Of a DNA stretch of 64,000 bases, positions 1 to 13,287 are shown one piece after another (the first letter of the stretch is position 1; every line of letters begins with the position of its first letter). This DNA is from Mobula hypostoma. Its lineage: Eukaryota. Where the stretch lies: contig NC_086109.1 of assembly GCF_963921235.1 (NCBI RefSeq), positions 27,344,001-27,408,000 of the forward strand, in the 5' to 3' direction. The notes beneath the pieces were generated by a model. That model ran no database searches. It worked only from the letters and a program-made list of their open reading frames with translations, and had not been told where the DNA came from. The position numbers and the translations under genes are program-made.

Positions 1-152
1 TCTTCCCTGTAAGCTAATGATTTCTTTTTGGGACAGAAAGTTTAGTTTCCTGCCTTTAACCATGTAATTGCCCTTAAATGAATGTGAATAGCATTTGCTA
101 CTGGCATAGATTTTCCCATTTTTCAGAAAATTATGGGCTAGTTATTAACACA

Positions 153-268
153 AGGGTTTCTGCAGATACTGGAAATCCAGATTGACACACAAAAAGTGCT
201 GTGGGAGATCAGCAGGTCTCAGCAGCATCTATAGAGGGGAATAAACAGTAAAAGTTTTGGCAAAGGCC
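153..268 (-). mobile_element. PLE pLTR tail fragment, degenerate
   Basis: CTGCAGATACTGGAAATCC...ACACACAAAAAGTGCTG...CAGCAGGTC...GCAGCATCTATAGAGGGGAATAAACAGT matches the tail of the other PLE copies in the window. Confidence 0.7.
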
Positions 269-779
269 AGTTATTTTAATTTATCACCTCTAGTCAACTT
301 TAAAGATGAGAAGCAATGGACACTGTAATCACGATTTCTCAGCAAATTTCTCTTGGAATTGTGGAGTTTTTGTTTATAATATTTTTAAATTAGTCAATTT
401 TCCATGTAAGCAATACATGAGTATTATATCTCATGTATCTGTAAAGGAAATATATTCCACATTGTAATAACGCTCTTAATGAAACTATATTTTCTAGTTT
501 ATCCCCACAAAGTTCCACTGCTAAAATGAACTCAATGTGCTGTTCCTGGGATTAGGTTGGCATCATAGTCAGCATTGATGGTTGGTCCAAAGGGCCATTT
601 CTGTGCTGTACGCCTCTATGATTCTAGTAATAAACAGATGGTATTATTTAGCCTCTCCAAATGTCTACTAACTTTGGAAATAATTCTAAAACAACATTAT
701 ACCTGTTCTAAGGCATTTATATTATATTATACCTGTTCTAAAACAATTCTAAGGCATTTCTAAAACAACATTATATTTC

Positions 780-1156
780 CATCAGACCATAACACCATAA
801 AATGCAAGAGCAGAATCAGACCATTTGACCCATCGAGTGTGCTCCATTTCATCATGGCTGATCCATTTCTCTCTCAGCCCCAATCTCCTGCCATTTCCCA
901 ATATTCCTTCATGCCTTGACTAATCAAATTCTGCCTTAAGTATGCCAATAACTTGGCCTTCACAGCCACCTGTGGCAACGCATTCCACAGATTCACCACC
1001 CTCCGACTAAAGAAATTCCTCCTCATCTCTGTTCCTCCTTTCTGATGTTGAGTCCTCTAGACTTATACTCCATCACCATAGGAAACATCCTCTCCACATC
1101 TACTCTATTGATGCCTTTCAACCTTTCATAGGTTTTAATGAGATCCCCCCTCATTT
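780..1156 (-). mobile_element. CR1-like LINE 3' fragment
   Basis: Reverse-strand CR1 3' motifs (ATTCCACAGATTCACCACCCT, AAGAAATTCCTCCTCATCTC) ending in a short (ACCATA)-type tail near 785-800. Confidence 0.7.
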
Positions 1157-1792
1157 CAAGCAACACACACAAAATGCTGGAGGAACTCAGCAGGCCAGGC
1201 AGTATTTATGGAAAAGAGCACAGTCAAAGTTTTGGGTTGAGACCCTTCAGCAGGACTGGAGATAAAAAAAAAAGATGAGGAGTAGATTTAAAAGGTGGGC
1301 GAAGGGGAGGGAGAAACACAAGGTGAATTCAGGAGGGGAGGGGTGAAGTAAAGAGCTGGGAACTTGATTAGGTGAAATAGATACAGGGCTGGAGAAGGCG
1401 CAATCTAATAGCAGATGTTGTAGAAGGCTATGGAAGAAAGAAAAGGGGGAGGGGAGAGAAACTCAAGAGGGTGACAATGGGCAGAGAAGGAGATAAGATG
1501 AGAAAGGGAAAAGGGGATGGGTAATGATGAAGGGGGGGGGCAATACTGGAAGGTTGATATATTGATGTTCATGCCATCAGGTTGGAGGCTACCCAAATGG
1601 AATATAAGGTGTTGTTCCTCCAACATGAGTGTGGTCTCAGTGTGATAGTGCAGGAGGCCATGGACTGACATATCATAATGGGAAGTGGAATTAAGTGGTC
1701 ATTGGGAGATCCCACTTCCCCTGGCGGATGGTGCTCAGATGCTTGGCGAAGCGGTCTCCCAATCTACGTCGAGCCTCACCAATATACAGGAG
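1157..1792 (-). mobile_element. PLE 3' fragment (GIY-YIG C-terminus plus pLTR)
   Basis: ORF 1405-1671(-) encodes LMLEEQHLIFHLGSLQPDGMNI; a degenerate hammerhead and the tail lie at 1157-1260. Confidence 0.85.
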
Positions 1793-1881
1793 TTCATTTC
1801 AATCTGTTTTTCACAACAATATATTATCATTATCCTTTCACCAACTCTTTCAGTAAATTCCTAGCATGAATTGCTAAGCCA

Positions 1882-2046
1882 GTAACACACAAAACGCTGG
1901 AGGAACCCTGCAGATCAGGCAACATCTATGAAGGGAAATGGATAGCCGATGTTTCAATTCCCTCCACAGATGATATCTGACCTGCTGAATTCCTTCAGTG
2001 TTTTGTATGTTGCTCCATAATTCACCATCTGCAATCTCTTGTGTCT
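1882..2046. mobile_element. Degenerate fold-back PLE-tail mini element
   Basis: ACACACAAAACGCTGGAGGAA...CAGATCAGGCAACATCT is followed by its inverted copy AGATGATATCTGACCTGCTGAATTCCTTCAGTGTTTTGTATGT. Confidence 0.7.
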
Positions 2047-3752
2047 ACATCTTTTTGTTAGTTGTTTATTTAGGCTGGATCCAAATATCTCTTGTTTATA
2101 GTAATTCTTCAAATACTGCAATAAAAATAATTCTGAATTCAACAACTCAAAATATTTAAGAATGCCTTGTACTTCTGAGACTGTGTTCTCATCATAATAA
2201 TTAAGTAAATCCTACTTTAGCAAAAACTTTAAACTCTCAGCAGAATATTTCAGAACCTGTTCTTTACAAAGTTCAAGATTACTCATGTTGAGGCAAAGAT
2301 AGCAATAATTAACAACCATCAGATCTGTCACAGAGGCTGCTGAGTGAGCCTCCAGATGGCTATGGATCAAGAGACGTGAGCCACGGATCAATGCTGCTGG
2401 GACACAAGCCAGGGTCTGATCAACCCTGGCTGAGTCACACCTGGGTGAAAGTGTCTGATGTTGAAAGATCCGAAACATCCATTGACTTCAATGTGTCCCA
2501 GCACATCCTAGGATGTGACTAAGCATGAACAGCCAAGTCCTACAGATGGCAAATGAAATTAATGGTCAGTTTGTCAAAATATTTGGTTGTATTAGTTATC
2601 AAAACACGCTGCTCTTAAAATTATGCCTCCTCGTGACCACCTGAATAGGCAGATAAGCCTTAATTTAACATTTCTTCATGTGTATCCAGCAGTTTAGCAT
2701 ATTCCCATTGTATGATCCATTATCCTAGATTTTGTACACAGATCCTGGAGTGAGGCTTGAACCATGTTACATAATGGCTCTTAAAATGGAGGCTGCAAAG
2801 TAAGTCAGTATGATAAAAGTGATGACATATATAAACATATTTCACTTTATTTTTACAAAGCTTAATGGCTGATTCCTGACATGTGCTATATTATAATTAC
2901 CTACCTGCCCTTTGAGAAGCATTAAGGTGATTATTTTAGATCAAATTAATCAAACTTTGAATTTTATATAACATGATTTCAATTCCTATTTTCAGAGAAA
3001 CTTCTTATTTGATATAGACAGTAGATAAATTTCATGGAACCTAATTTAATGTTTTGCAGTCCGTGTTATATTCTTCAGATTCTTCTACCTCAGAGAGCAT
3101 GATTATATTGCATGAAAACCAGGATATTATTAATTTGGAACTGTACATGGGTAATTTCAAACACTACTTACCCGCCTTTAATATAATCGAGAAATGTATG
3201 CTCAGATTCAACTGTAAAGGACAGCAGTGTAACCTGTGGGGAAATGGGAAGCATGGTGAGCAGAAGATTCATCATCCAAAGATGTCAAATTGAACTAATT
3301 TTAGCAAAAATACTGAGCAATAAAGCAATAAGATGAGGTTATTTGAAATACAGGTTTGCTTCCTAACATACTACATTCTCAGCAACTGAATTAAAAAATA
3401 AGCAAAATGTAGAAATCATTTCAATTTAAGAATGTTTATTTTAACCATGTGCAGTGATATTTCAGATGGGCCTACAGAAGGTCTCGCTCTGCTCAAATGT
3501 AAATTCCAGAAAAATCTTACATATTTTACCCAATACCATAATCTTATTTATAGTATCTCCACATGCGGTGGATCTGTAAACTTGAGGGTTGAAAAATAAA
3601 AGGCACAGATTTAGAGCTGAATGGTGTTAAGTTTCATATTCAGTCATTCAGTCCAGTCAGACCAATAATCATACAAGACAAGGCCATTTTACCATTCATA
3701 CCTGTGCCAACTCTGTCAATAAAAAGTAAGTAATTAGTCCTATAGCCATGTT

Positions 3753-4005
3753 TGTTATGTATTTAATATTTCAGTAATGTTTGAGTAATATTGTAAATAT
3801 ATTGTTTGATTAAGCATTTTTGTTGTTTACATAATTCATTATGGTATATATAGAAGTATGTGAATGGCAGATGTCATCACATCATAACATAATGTGTGCC
3901 TCACTAAAAGTAAAAACAAAATTAATGCATATACATTCCACACATTCCATACTGTCTTGCTTATCTTTCAATTACTTTTATGTTTTGGACTTACAAATTA
4001 TAATA
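3753..4005 (+). repeat. 5' LTR
   Basis: Shares blocks with 8082-8309: AATATTTCAGTAAT, TTGTTTACATAATTCATTA, GTGCCTCACTAAAAGTAAAAAC, TTTTATGTTTTGGA. Confidence 0.9.
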
Positions 4006-4169
4006 ATGGTGAATAGGTAGTTTTAAGATAAACCCAAGACGTATACCTACCTGTTGAAGTGCAGTGAGATGTTCGAGTTTTAAAAAAAGCAGAAAACAAA
4101 TGAATTCACAGGTTCAATAAACAGTGAGAACCAGGTGATAATAATCAGAAATAAAAAAGAACAGCAGGA

Positions 4170-7100
4170 ATGGTTGACTACATTGGAAAGACAGACATGT
4201 TCGATTGCACAAGAGATAACCGGATAATGAGTGAATTGAGCAGTATTTTGAAGCAAACAAAATAACCAGTGCAAAACGAGTGCCAGCTTTGCTGAGTGCA
4301 TTAGGTGGAACAACATAGCTGCTTAGAAATTTGACTGCTCCAAACAAACAAGTCTAGATGAGCTTTGCTGATATCGTGAAAAGTAATGCAGGAATATTTA
4401 GAACCAAAACCGTTATTGATTGCAGAAAGCTTTAGGTTTCATAAATGGAATCAAAAGGAAGGGGAGCTCATATCAGCATACGTGGCCGAATTGAAGAGAT
4501 ACTCTGAGCATTGTCAGTTCAATGATGGGCTTAATGCTGCACTGTTTAATGTTTAGTTTGTGGAATCTTACAAGAAAGCATGTAAAAACTGTTCCTAACT
4601 GAAGCACAACGCACATCTAAAAGAACAGTTGAAATAGTTATATCAATGGAAACAGCAGACAGAGACACAATTGAGTTGCAGTCAGGAATGAAAGTGAGCA
4701 TGAAAACATTGCAATGTCTAAACAGAAACCTGCCTGTCTGAACAAATTCTGTTTCCTTTGTGCCAGGGCTCACATCCAGGTCAATGCAGGTGTAATGCCC
4801 TGGTTCACATTTTTACTGTTATGCTGTAGATATTTCATTTAACAATTCTCTAAGAGCAGTCTGTTCTGCTTTCAGCCTGTTTGGGTTATTGTTGAAGATA
4901 AGGGATGATGATGAATATGTGGAACTAAGGATGGTGGAACTAAGGGGGGAGGTTTTATTGGTGAGGGTCATTAATGTTGGTCTTGGGTTTTTTTTTCAGC
5001 AGGAGATGGAGAGAATAGATCGTAGGATTCGACCTGGTGCGGGACCGTGATTCGACGAAGCCAGGTGCCGAGATCGATTGAGGATCAGTAAACATTGGTG
5101 AAACACTGAGCTCCAACTTGTGCAATTGTTTAATTAGAATGGGTCCATTTCTTTTTGTTTGTTTTTTTTTACTTACCCTTTAGTTAAGATTCATAAATAT
5201 AATTCCTTTAGTCGTATGCAGTGTATACTCTCTGTAATTTTGTGGCACAAGTTAGCAAATTACACAGCATCCACACAAACCTGGGTTTGAGGTGGAAGAG
5301 CCGTCTCAATCTCAAGGGTCTGGCAGAATCAGAGAGTGTCTTCCCTAGACATATGCAGCCATGGATCCCAGTGGGTTTCACAGATTTAAAGGCAAAACTT
5401 GCAGAAAATGAATCAAAGTAGGACACACAGAAAAGAGCATGTTGGGCAGACGAAAATAAATGGATTGCACAGAGAAAAGAAAAAGATAAAATGTCAAGTT
5501 GCAGTTTCATAAAGAGCACTAATCTGCATGCTGTTGATGAAAAATCTGATAGTGATCAGAATGACACTGGACTGAGTAGTCTTGAGATCGATTATGTGAA
5601 AACTAACATTAGACAAGAAATATGGCTTGCAGCAGAAGTGAATGGCAAATTAAATAAAATGAGATCGGACACTGGCTCGGCTGTTTCAGTCATTCAACAA
5701 AATGAGTTTGAACTGTATTTCAAAGATACTGAACTGAAGCCTGCAGATATCCAACAGAGAACTTATACTAGAGAAAAGATAACTCTTGTGGGAATGACAT
5801 TCGTAACAGTGGGATACAACAACCAACAAGCTAACAAGAGGACCAGCATTGTGGGGATGTGATTGGCTGAGACAACTATAACTAGATTGGAGATCCGCCC
5901 ACCATTTGCATATCACATCCCCTGCAATAGAGTAAACTGAAAATGAATTAAGAAAGGTTGTGGATGATACCACAGCTGTGTTCAAAAATGGCATTGTAAA
6001 ACTCAAACATATCAATTTTCATAGTATTAAATGAACACTCCAAATCCAAGTTTTACAAGGCCTTTCTGGTTCTTTATACCATCCATGATAGAGCAGCCAG
6101 TGAGCTATATCATATGGAGGTTAAGTGGAGCCCATGGGCAACTTCAGAGGTCTCAGAAGCCAAGAATAATGGGTCTGTCAGGGTTTGTGGTTATTTTAAG
6201 GTCTTGATCAACCCAGCACTGGAAGTAGTTCAATGGCCTGCTCAGGATAGAGAATATATTTGCAAACCTTTCTGGAGGGAAACTCTTCAACAACATTAAC
6301 TTAGCTGAGGCCCACTTACAGATGGAAATGGAAGAGTCCAAAGTGTTTCTCAATATAAACACTCACAATGAGCTTTATTGTTAATAACAAGCTTATTTTT
6401 GGAATAGCTTCTGCACATTCACTTTGGCATAAAGCTACGGACCAAGTCTTGTAAGGCTGCCCGGGCACTCAGTGTTACAATAATGGATGACATCATTGTT
6501 ACTGGAAAGGATGACAAGAAACATCTCCAAAATCTCAAGACAGTGTTAAAAGAATTAAAAAATTATGGGCTTGTATTATGATGCAGCAAGTGTAAACTCT
6601 TTAAACCAAGCATCACTTACTGCAGTCACACCATTGATGCACAAGTATTACACAACTGTGCTGGGAAAATTCAAGCAGTGGTGGATGCCCCATTTGTGTC
6701 AAAATTGTGGTCCTTTTTAGGATTTGTCAACTGGTTTCTGCCAAATATGGCTACTGTGCCCAATCCTTTGAACTCATTATTATAGATCAGGAAGAAATAG
6801 AAATGGACAAAGCAGAGTAGGGTGGCTTTCAAAAAGGTAAAGGAAATGGTGACATCAGACACTGTACTCACACATTATAATCTGCAGTGAAGCTTGCTTG
6901 TGATGCCTGTATAGGTGCAGTTATGCCACATGTTATAAGTGACAGAAGTGAATGCCGCATAGATTTTGCATCACATTCCCTTACTGCTACAGAGAAAAAA
7001 TATGCACAGGTTGACAGAGTTTGGCTTGGGGTGTGAAGTCTTTCAACCAGCACTTGTATGGCAGAGAGTTTACTCTCATTATCGATCGTCAACCACTGGT

Positions 7101-7845
7101 GTCCATTTTCAATGCACAGAAGCGTGTTTCACTCACAGCAGCAGCATGAATGCAGAGATGGACTCTGTTTCTTGGAGGACACAATTAAAAATGGAATTCA
7201 GGATTACAACTATTCATGGAAATCCTGATGGATTGTCCTGTTTACCTTTGGAAAAAATAATACCTGAAGAATTTACAAAAGAGGACACTCCTTTTGATAT
7301 ATTCTCCCTAACACAATCAAAAGTTTCCATATTACAGCAGAGATGATCCAAAGGGAAACCAGACTGGACCCACATTGTCTCTGGTCTACAGGTCCACCCC
7401 AAAATGGCTGAAATGTGCAGCAGAAATCCCAGTTTTACCAATGTTGGGGTGAACTTATCCTTGACAGGGTTGCCTTATGTGGGTGTTGCGAATTGTTGCA
7501 CCATCCAAGCTGAGAGCTATGGTGTTAGAGGAGCTACAAGCCAGTCATCTAGATGTGGTCAAAATGAAATTGTTGACTCAAAGCTTTATCCGGTGGATTT
7601 GGATAGATCAGAAGATCAAGCAGCTTGCCATGCACTGTTTGGGGTGCCAGCACATCAAGAAGAAAGGTATCCAGAGCTATCAGAACCACTTCCTGCAGTT
7701 CCGGAGTCAACTCCTTCAACTACCATGGAAGAGGTATCAGAACCCGAATTGTTCCACAACCACAAGTCTCACCTGTCAAGCAGAATGACTTGCCTGTTCA
7801 GCAAAGACTCTATCCTACAAGAGTAAGAAATCCCCCACACTGATT
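4170..7845 (+). pseudogene. Disrupted gag-pol polyprotein
   Basis: Remnant gag CCHC knuckles at about 4750-4790 and 5395-5445; protease DTG (SDTGSAVS, 5668); RT WSPWAT and MDDIIVTG (about 6483); RNase H KLACDA (about 6890); integrase zinc finger (H...CLGCQH, 7540-7655). Many stops and frameshifts. Confidence 0.9.
4791..5380 (+). mobile_element. Solo LTR inserted in the gag zinc-knuckle region
   Basis: TGTAATGCCC...GGGTTTCA with CAGG/CAGA flanks; removing it rejoins the CCHC coding sequence; homologous to 32464-33106. Confidence 0.8.
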
Positions 7846-7909
7846 AAATCTATAGGCCCGAATGGGACATTTAAAATTTACAATACTGTGCATCTACTAT
7901 ATATATATA

Positions 7910-7968
7910 AAGAAAGAAAGAGAGAGAGAGAGAGAGGGAGAGGAGTGTGTGTGTGTGTGTGTGTGTGT
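7910..7968 (+). repeat. (GA)n(GT)n microsatellite
   Basis: Direct reading. Confidence 0.95.
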
Positions 7969-8081
7969 ATCTATATACAAATGTTTGTGAGTGTGTATAT
8001 ATGACTAGAGAGCAATAAACACATATTTGAGTTGAGATGCATTCCATATTGAGTTGGAGTTTATAGCTAAGCAGGGAGGAG

Positions 8082-8309
8082 TGTGGTTTATTCAATATTT
8101 CAGTAATATTGTAAATGTATTGTTTGATTAATCATTCTTAGTTGTTTACATAATTCATTACGGATTATGTGAATGGCATACGTTGTCACGACTCCACGTC
8201 ATAGGTACGTGCCTCACTAAAAGTAAAAACGAAAGTAATGTACAAACAATCTGGATTCCATTGTTTTTCCTTCAATTAATTTTATGTTTTGGAGTTACAA
8301 TACATAACA
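8082..8309 (+). repeat. 3' LTR
   Basis: Follows the polypurine tract, ends CATAACA and is similar to the 5' LTR. Confidence 0.9.
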
Positions 8310-9254
8310 CTGTTCTTTACCCGTCATCCAGCAAGTTGTCCCTTTCCAACTATCCATTCTATTCTTGTTTAAAATGTACTATTGAATTTATTTCTGCCAA
8401 TACATTTCAGGTGGATAAAGTAAATGCATAAAATAAAACACCCTGCTCCCTCATTTGCCAATTATTTTCAATCTGGGACTAATGCTTTCCAGTCTCTGTG
8501 TTAGTGGAAACTGGTTCCCTTTATCTGCACCATCAAAACGTTTCAAGGTTCTGCATACTTATAATAAATCTTTCTTTCCTTTGTTCACCTTTGGAGCAGG
8601 TGTGGCCAGGTGTCCTACTGTAACTCCAAAACTGGAAACCATCCAATCAGGCCATACTATTGGGAAAAAGCAGGACAAATCCCAGGCCAATCAGTCTAGT
8701 CACATAGCAAAGTGATGGAAGTTGTGGATTAAGTTAGCAAATTCCTTGCTATTCACCAACATCATGTTCACTGATGCTTTACTTGGCTCCAGTTATCTCA
8801 TTCTAACCGCAGTCCAGGCATAGAGATGAGTTTAAAGTGGCTGCTCTTGTCAGGCCTGCACTTAACGAAGTGCACTGTCTCCTAAATTAGAACTTGCAAA
8901 AGTCTCCTTCATGTAATGTTCAATAACTTAACCATTACCAAATACACTACCACCAATGCCCACGTTAATGTTGCCATTACAATTGCTGTGTATTCCTTGG
9001 AATGCTGTTCACAGTGTCAAAAACTTTTCACCATCCACAAGGGATAAATCAATTATATTATGGGAACTAATCCCTTGAGTGCAACTCCATCAATACCAAA
9101 GAAGGACTCAATTTGGGACAAAGCAGCCAGTTTGATTAACTTCCTAAACATCACACTAAATATTCACTCCCTTCACTGCAGTCTTGTTACATCAGTCCTA
9201 TGTACCATTTACAAAATGCATCACAGCAGTTCACCAATGCTCCTTCAAGCGTGA

Positions 9255-10212
9255 CTCACACCTCCACACCCATTCTAGGCACTTTCCCCTGTCTCACAGT
9301 ACATGATACACTTCTCCTTAGCACCTCCTTCCTCAATACTATCCAGGGATGTAAACAGCCCTTCAAGGTGAGGCAAAGGTTCACATGCGCTCCTTCCACC
9401 TTGTCTACTGCATTCATTGATCCATATGTGGCAATGACAATCTGCAATGACTATCCCAAGGACAAAGTCGCAGACCCTTTCAGCTTCTTTTCCCATTCCC
9501 ATGCTGACCTGCCCAATTTTCACCTTCTCCACTGCCCGATGGTGCCCATTGCAATCCAGAGAAATAAGACTTATATTCCACCTGGGTGGTCTACAACTCA
9601 GTGGCATTAATAGCGAGTTTTCCGATTTTAGATAACCCCTTTCTTTACCACCCGAAATTTGCTCCCTCCCCTTCTAATTTTCCTCCAGCATTCCCACATT
9701 TGAACCCTTTTCCAGACACATCCCAGCTCCCCTTCACCCATCTTCACCCTCCTTGTTCTGTCCATCCACGTCACCCTTCTCTACTTTGCTTCACTATTTA
9801 CCTCTTCCCTAATGGTTCCCATTCTCACCTCCTTTACTCATCAGCATCCAACACTGGCAGTGCTTTGTGTTCCCACTTATCTTCCTCCAGCAACTGGCCT
9901 TCCATCTTCACACTCCCCTCCCTCCACATTCCGCCATCTGTTTATATTCTTCCTCCATTCTTTCTCTTTGCCTCCATCTACTGCTCATCTGTCACTGTCT
10001 TTGAACTCCACCCCTACTGATCGCCCCTGTTATGTTACACCCTCCTCAGCCCACCAGGTGTCTCCGAAGCTTTTTCTCACTGTTCCCTTCTGCTCTTTAT
10101 ACTGCCCAACCCACCTCTCCACTCTCGGCCTGATGCAGGGTTTTGACCTGAAACGTTGATAATTCCTTTCCTCCTACAGGTGCTGCTTGACCCACTGAAA
10201 TTTTCCAGCAGT
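9255..10212 (+). mobile_element. Older PLE 3' fragment
   Basis: IQGCKQPFKVRQRFTC and LIFHLGGLQLSGINSEFSDFR remnants; pyrimidine-rich 3' region; degenerate hammerhead CTGATGCAGGG...CCTGAAACGTTGA at about 10130-10160. Confidence 0.8.
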
Positions 10213-10779
10213 ATCTCCTCAGTCCTCTGCTTCCAATATGAAGATGGACAACAGCAAATGCATGGGAAAAGTATCAGCTACAAGTAACACACTACCACAA
10301 AGTTACAAAATTCGACTTTCTCTATCTAATAGCACGATGGGAAAACCTTAATCTCGGGATACAGCATTCAAGGTGGAAAGTCCATCTTCACTTTCTCAAG
10401 TGCAATTACTGATGGACAATAGATGGTTATTTCCCCCGAAGCTGCCATCTCCCATAAATGAAAAAAAATTCTCCAAAAATAAGTTATCAGAATAAATAAT
10501 CTACCATTCTCTAATTGATAACATCGTGTTCATTAACTTTGCAATGGACTATTGTTATAATTTACAAACAAAATCAAATATAAGAATAATAAGAAAAAAT
10601 CTCGAAATAATTCCAACTAACAAGAAGCCAAAGCACTTTGCAGTAGTAAAATGGAATTTATTTCTAGACATCATGCCTCAGTGGAACAAGTATTTTAAAT
10701 GTACACATGCTTTCTTTTCTTTACAAGTCATAATTCAATATATTGATTATTTATTTTAGTTTTCATTGTTGTTCAAGTA

Positions 10780-11718
10780 TAGAAAGTACTAAAGATTTTG
10801 AATGACATCTTGTTTTCTTGTTTGGATATTGTGTGATTTAAACAGAATGAGGTTTTTTTTCTGTGACTTAGAGGCATTTTATGAAATTAATTACAAGGAG
10901 CTTTGTCACTGTTGGAACAGCAACAGTCTCACCTCCTGAAATTAGAAGTCTGTTCAAAGGAACTTATACAAACTTAACCCCTAGATATTACTTTCCTCGT
11001 GTTTATATATTATTTCAATAACTGCAATTTGATCATTTCAGGAAAATTATTTGACAGCCAAACATAAAAATTGACTCTCCAACATCACTCAATCTGTTCC
11101 TTTCACTGGCTCACAGTCATGCCTGTTAGTGCATTCTTATGACATGATTAAGGCAGGCAACCCCTGATCACTATGGCTTAGAAAATTCATCAAGGAGAAC
11201 AAAATTCTAAGGAACCATTCCATGAAAATTTATTTCCAATGACTATAAGTACTCACAGTTCCTGAATGGACATACTTCTTCTTCTTTATTTTCTTTTTTG
11301 GATTTATTACCTAGAAAAAAAACAAAACCTAACGGGGTCAATAATGCTTTAGAGAAGATCCTTTCAGATAAGTCTGTGTTATAAATGTCATATTTCTTAT
11401 GTGTGGTTTACAAGGATAGCTCAAGTTGCATTTAGTCTTTTAATTGAGTTAATAGTTAACACGCTTTTCAAGATGAAGGTAATGGATTATGGATTGATCA
11501 GATGTAATCAGTACCAAGCACCCATCTGCTCATTCAGTATGCTGGGTAGGCCAAGAATACGAAGTAGAAAAGATTTTGAATGACGTCTTGTTTTCTTGTT
11601 TGGATATGATGTGATTTAAACAGAATGAATTTTGATTTCTCTGTGACCTAGAGGTATTTTATGAAAATAATTTCAGGGAGCTGTATCACTGTTGGAACAA
11701 CAGTCTCTCTCCCTGAAG
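10780..11718 (+). repeat. Dispersed direct repeat of about 160 bp (10780-10940 and 11560-11718)
   Basis: Both copies contain AAAGATTTTGAATGAC.TCTTGTTTTCTTGTTTGGATAT..TGTGATTTAAACAGAATGA...TCACTGTTGGAACA. Confidence 0.9.
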
Positions 11719-11754
11719 TGCCTTTGAAGGTGTTATCTGGCACCATCACAGCAA

Positions 11755-12032
11755 GGGGCGCCACGATAGCATAATGGTTAGCACGGCGCTATTACACCTC
11801 TGGATGTCGGATATCAGAGTTCAATTCCAACGTGAGGAGCTTGTATGATCTCCCCATGGAATACATGGGTTTTCTCTGGGTGCTCTGGTTTCCTCCCACA
11901 GTCCAAAGACCTACCAGTTGGTCATTGTAAATTGTCCCGTGATTAAACTAGGGGCAGGAGATGGTGGGAGACACAGTTCGAAGGGCTGAGAGAGCCTAGT
12001 CTGCAATGTAGCTAAATAAATAATGAAAATAA
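11755..12032 (+). mobile_element. tRNA-derived SINE (HE1-like)
   Basis: Box A TAGCATAATGG, box B GAGTTCAATTCC, core GGTTTCCTCCCACAGTCCAAAGAC, (TAAA)n tail. Confidence 0.85.
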
Positions 12033-13287
12033 AGGATCACAGTTGATACAGGCTTAATTCACAATAATGCTTTCAAATTTCTTGAGCAACTGGCCTCTTA
12101 CACATATTCTGGGCTGAATTTCCAAAGATGCACATCCAATCTAATTGTGCTAACAGATGACAGGAGGCAAGGAAAATATCTCTTACCCTTCGTCAGATCT
12201 TCACCTTTCTACTGATGGAAAATAGAGCTTATTATGTCCTTTTTTAAAGAAGTCCTAATGTTTCTGCAAATCCTCATGAGTTGGGATGGAACCAGTGCAT
12301 TGAAGGATCTATCATCCACCCTCACCCAGGCAGATTCAGGTTAATGGTAATTATTGCAAGATTAGATGATTTATTATATCTTACTGGTTTAGAACGAGTG
12401 AAGAGTGCATCACAATTATACAGAGGATAAATTATAGGCACTTGAGATGAAAGAAGTAAATTATGAGATGATTGGTTTTGGAACACAACTTGGTGATCAA
12501 TATTGGTCTGTTCTCTACTGTCATTCATTTTTACATTTCCCAAAGTTACCGCACATTTCCATGACCCTTTCTTTTCTAACTCACTTTTTTTTGCATTCTG
12601 TGGCAGAATAATTATGAAGACAGTATTTTTTCATTATATACAAGGAAAATATGCTGTGATGAACATAAATTGAATTTTCTGTTTTGATGCAGTATATGCT
12701 TCTTTGATATGTAATCGAGGAGCAAAATTCTCAAGCACAACATTTAGGTTTAAACATGTGATTTTAGTGCACCAATTTGATTTATGGCTCATTCACTTGC
12801 AGGATTTTGCCTGTGAGGTTTTGCATAAGACTCAGAAAATTTAAAGCGTTATTGGAAATAAAGTATTTTAATAAAACCTTAAACTGTAGAAAAAATATAT
12901 ATACAAATAAAGCACATACAGTACATGTGAGGGTATGAAGCCTTAGCTGCCATTAATAAATTAAATCATTTTGCAATGCCATGCTGGTGATTGAGCTGGT
13001 GAAATCATGTAAGAAACTATGTAGTATGGGAGCAAAATAAGAATAAGGAGGAACATGTTTGGCCTCATCTGTGTCGGGGAAATGGTACCACTACAGGTGC
13101 TGTCTGGAAATAAGGACAATGGGAAAATACATCTGATTGATGAGCAGATCAGGCTCTAAACTTGATTTGCTCAGTTGTCACTGTGAAGAAACGGATTGCT
13201 GAAGGAAACATTCACAGGAGTATTTTTTGCAGCCCCACAACACTCCACTGAGCCCTTAATTGTTTTCCTGGACAACAGTCATCACCT

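Larger units (their letters stand above)
3753..8309 (+). mobile_element. Decayed Gypsy/Ty3 (Mag-like) LTR retrotransposon
   Basis: Similar LTRs at 3753-4005 and 8082-8309 (TGT...CATAACA); PBS-like TGGTGA at 4007; polypurine tract AAGCAGGGAGGAG at 8069-8081; possible TSD ATGTT/CTGTT; domain order gag, protease, RT, RNase H, integrase. Confidence 0.92.
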
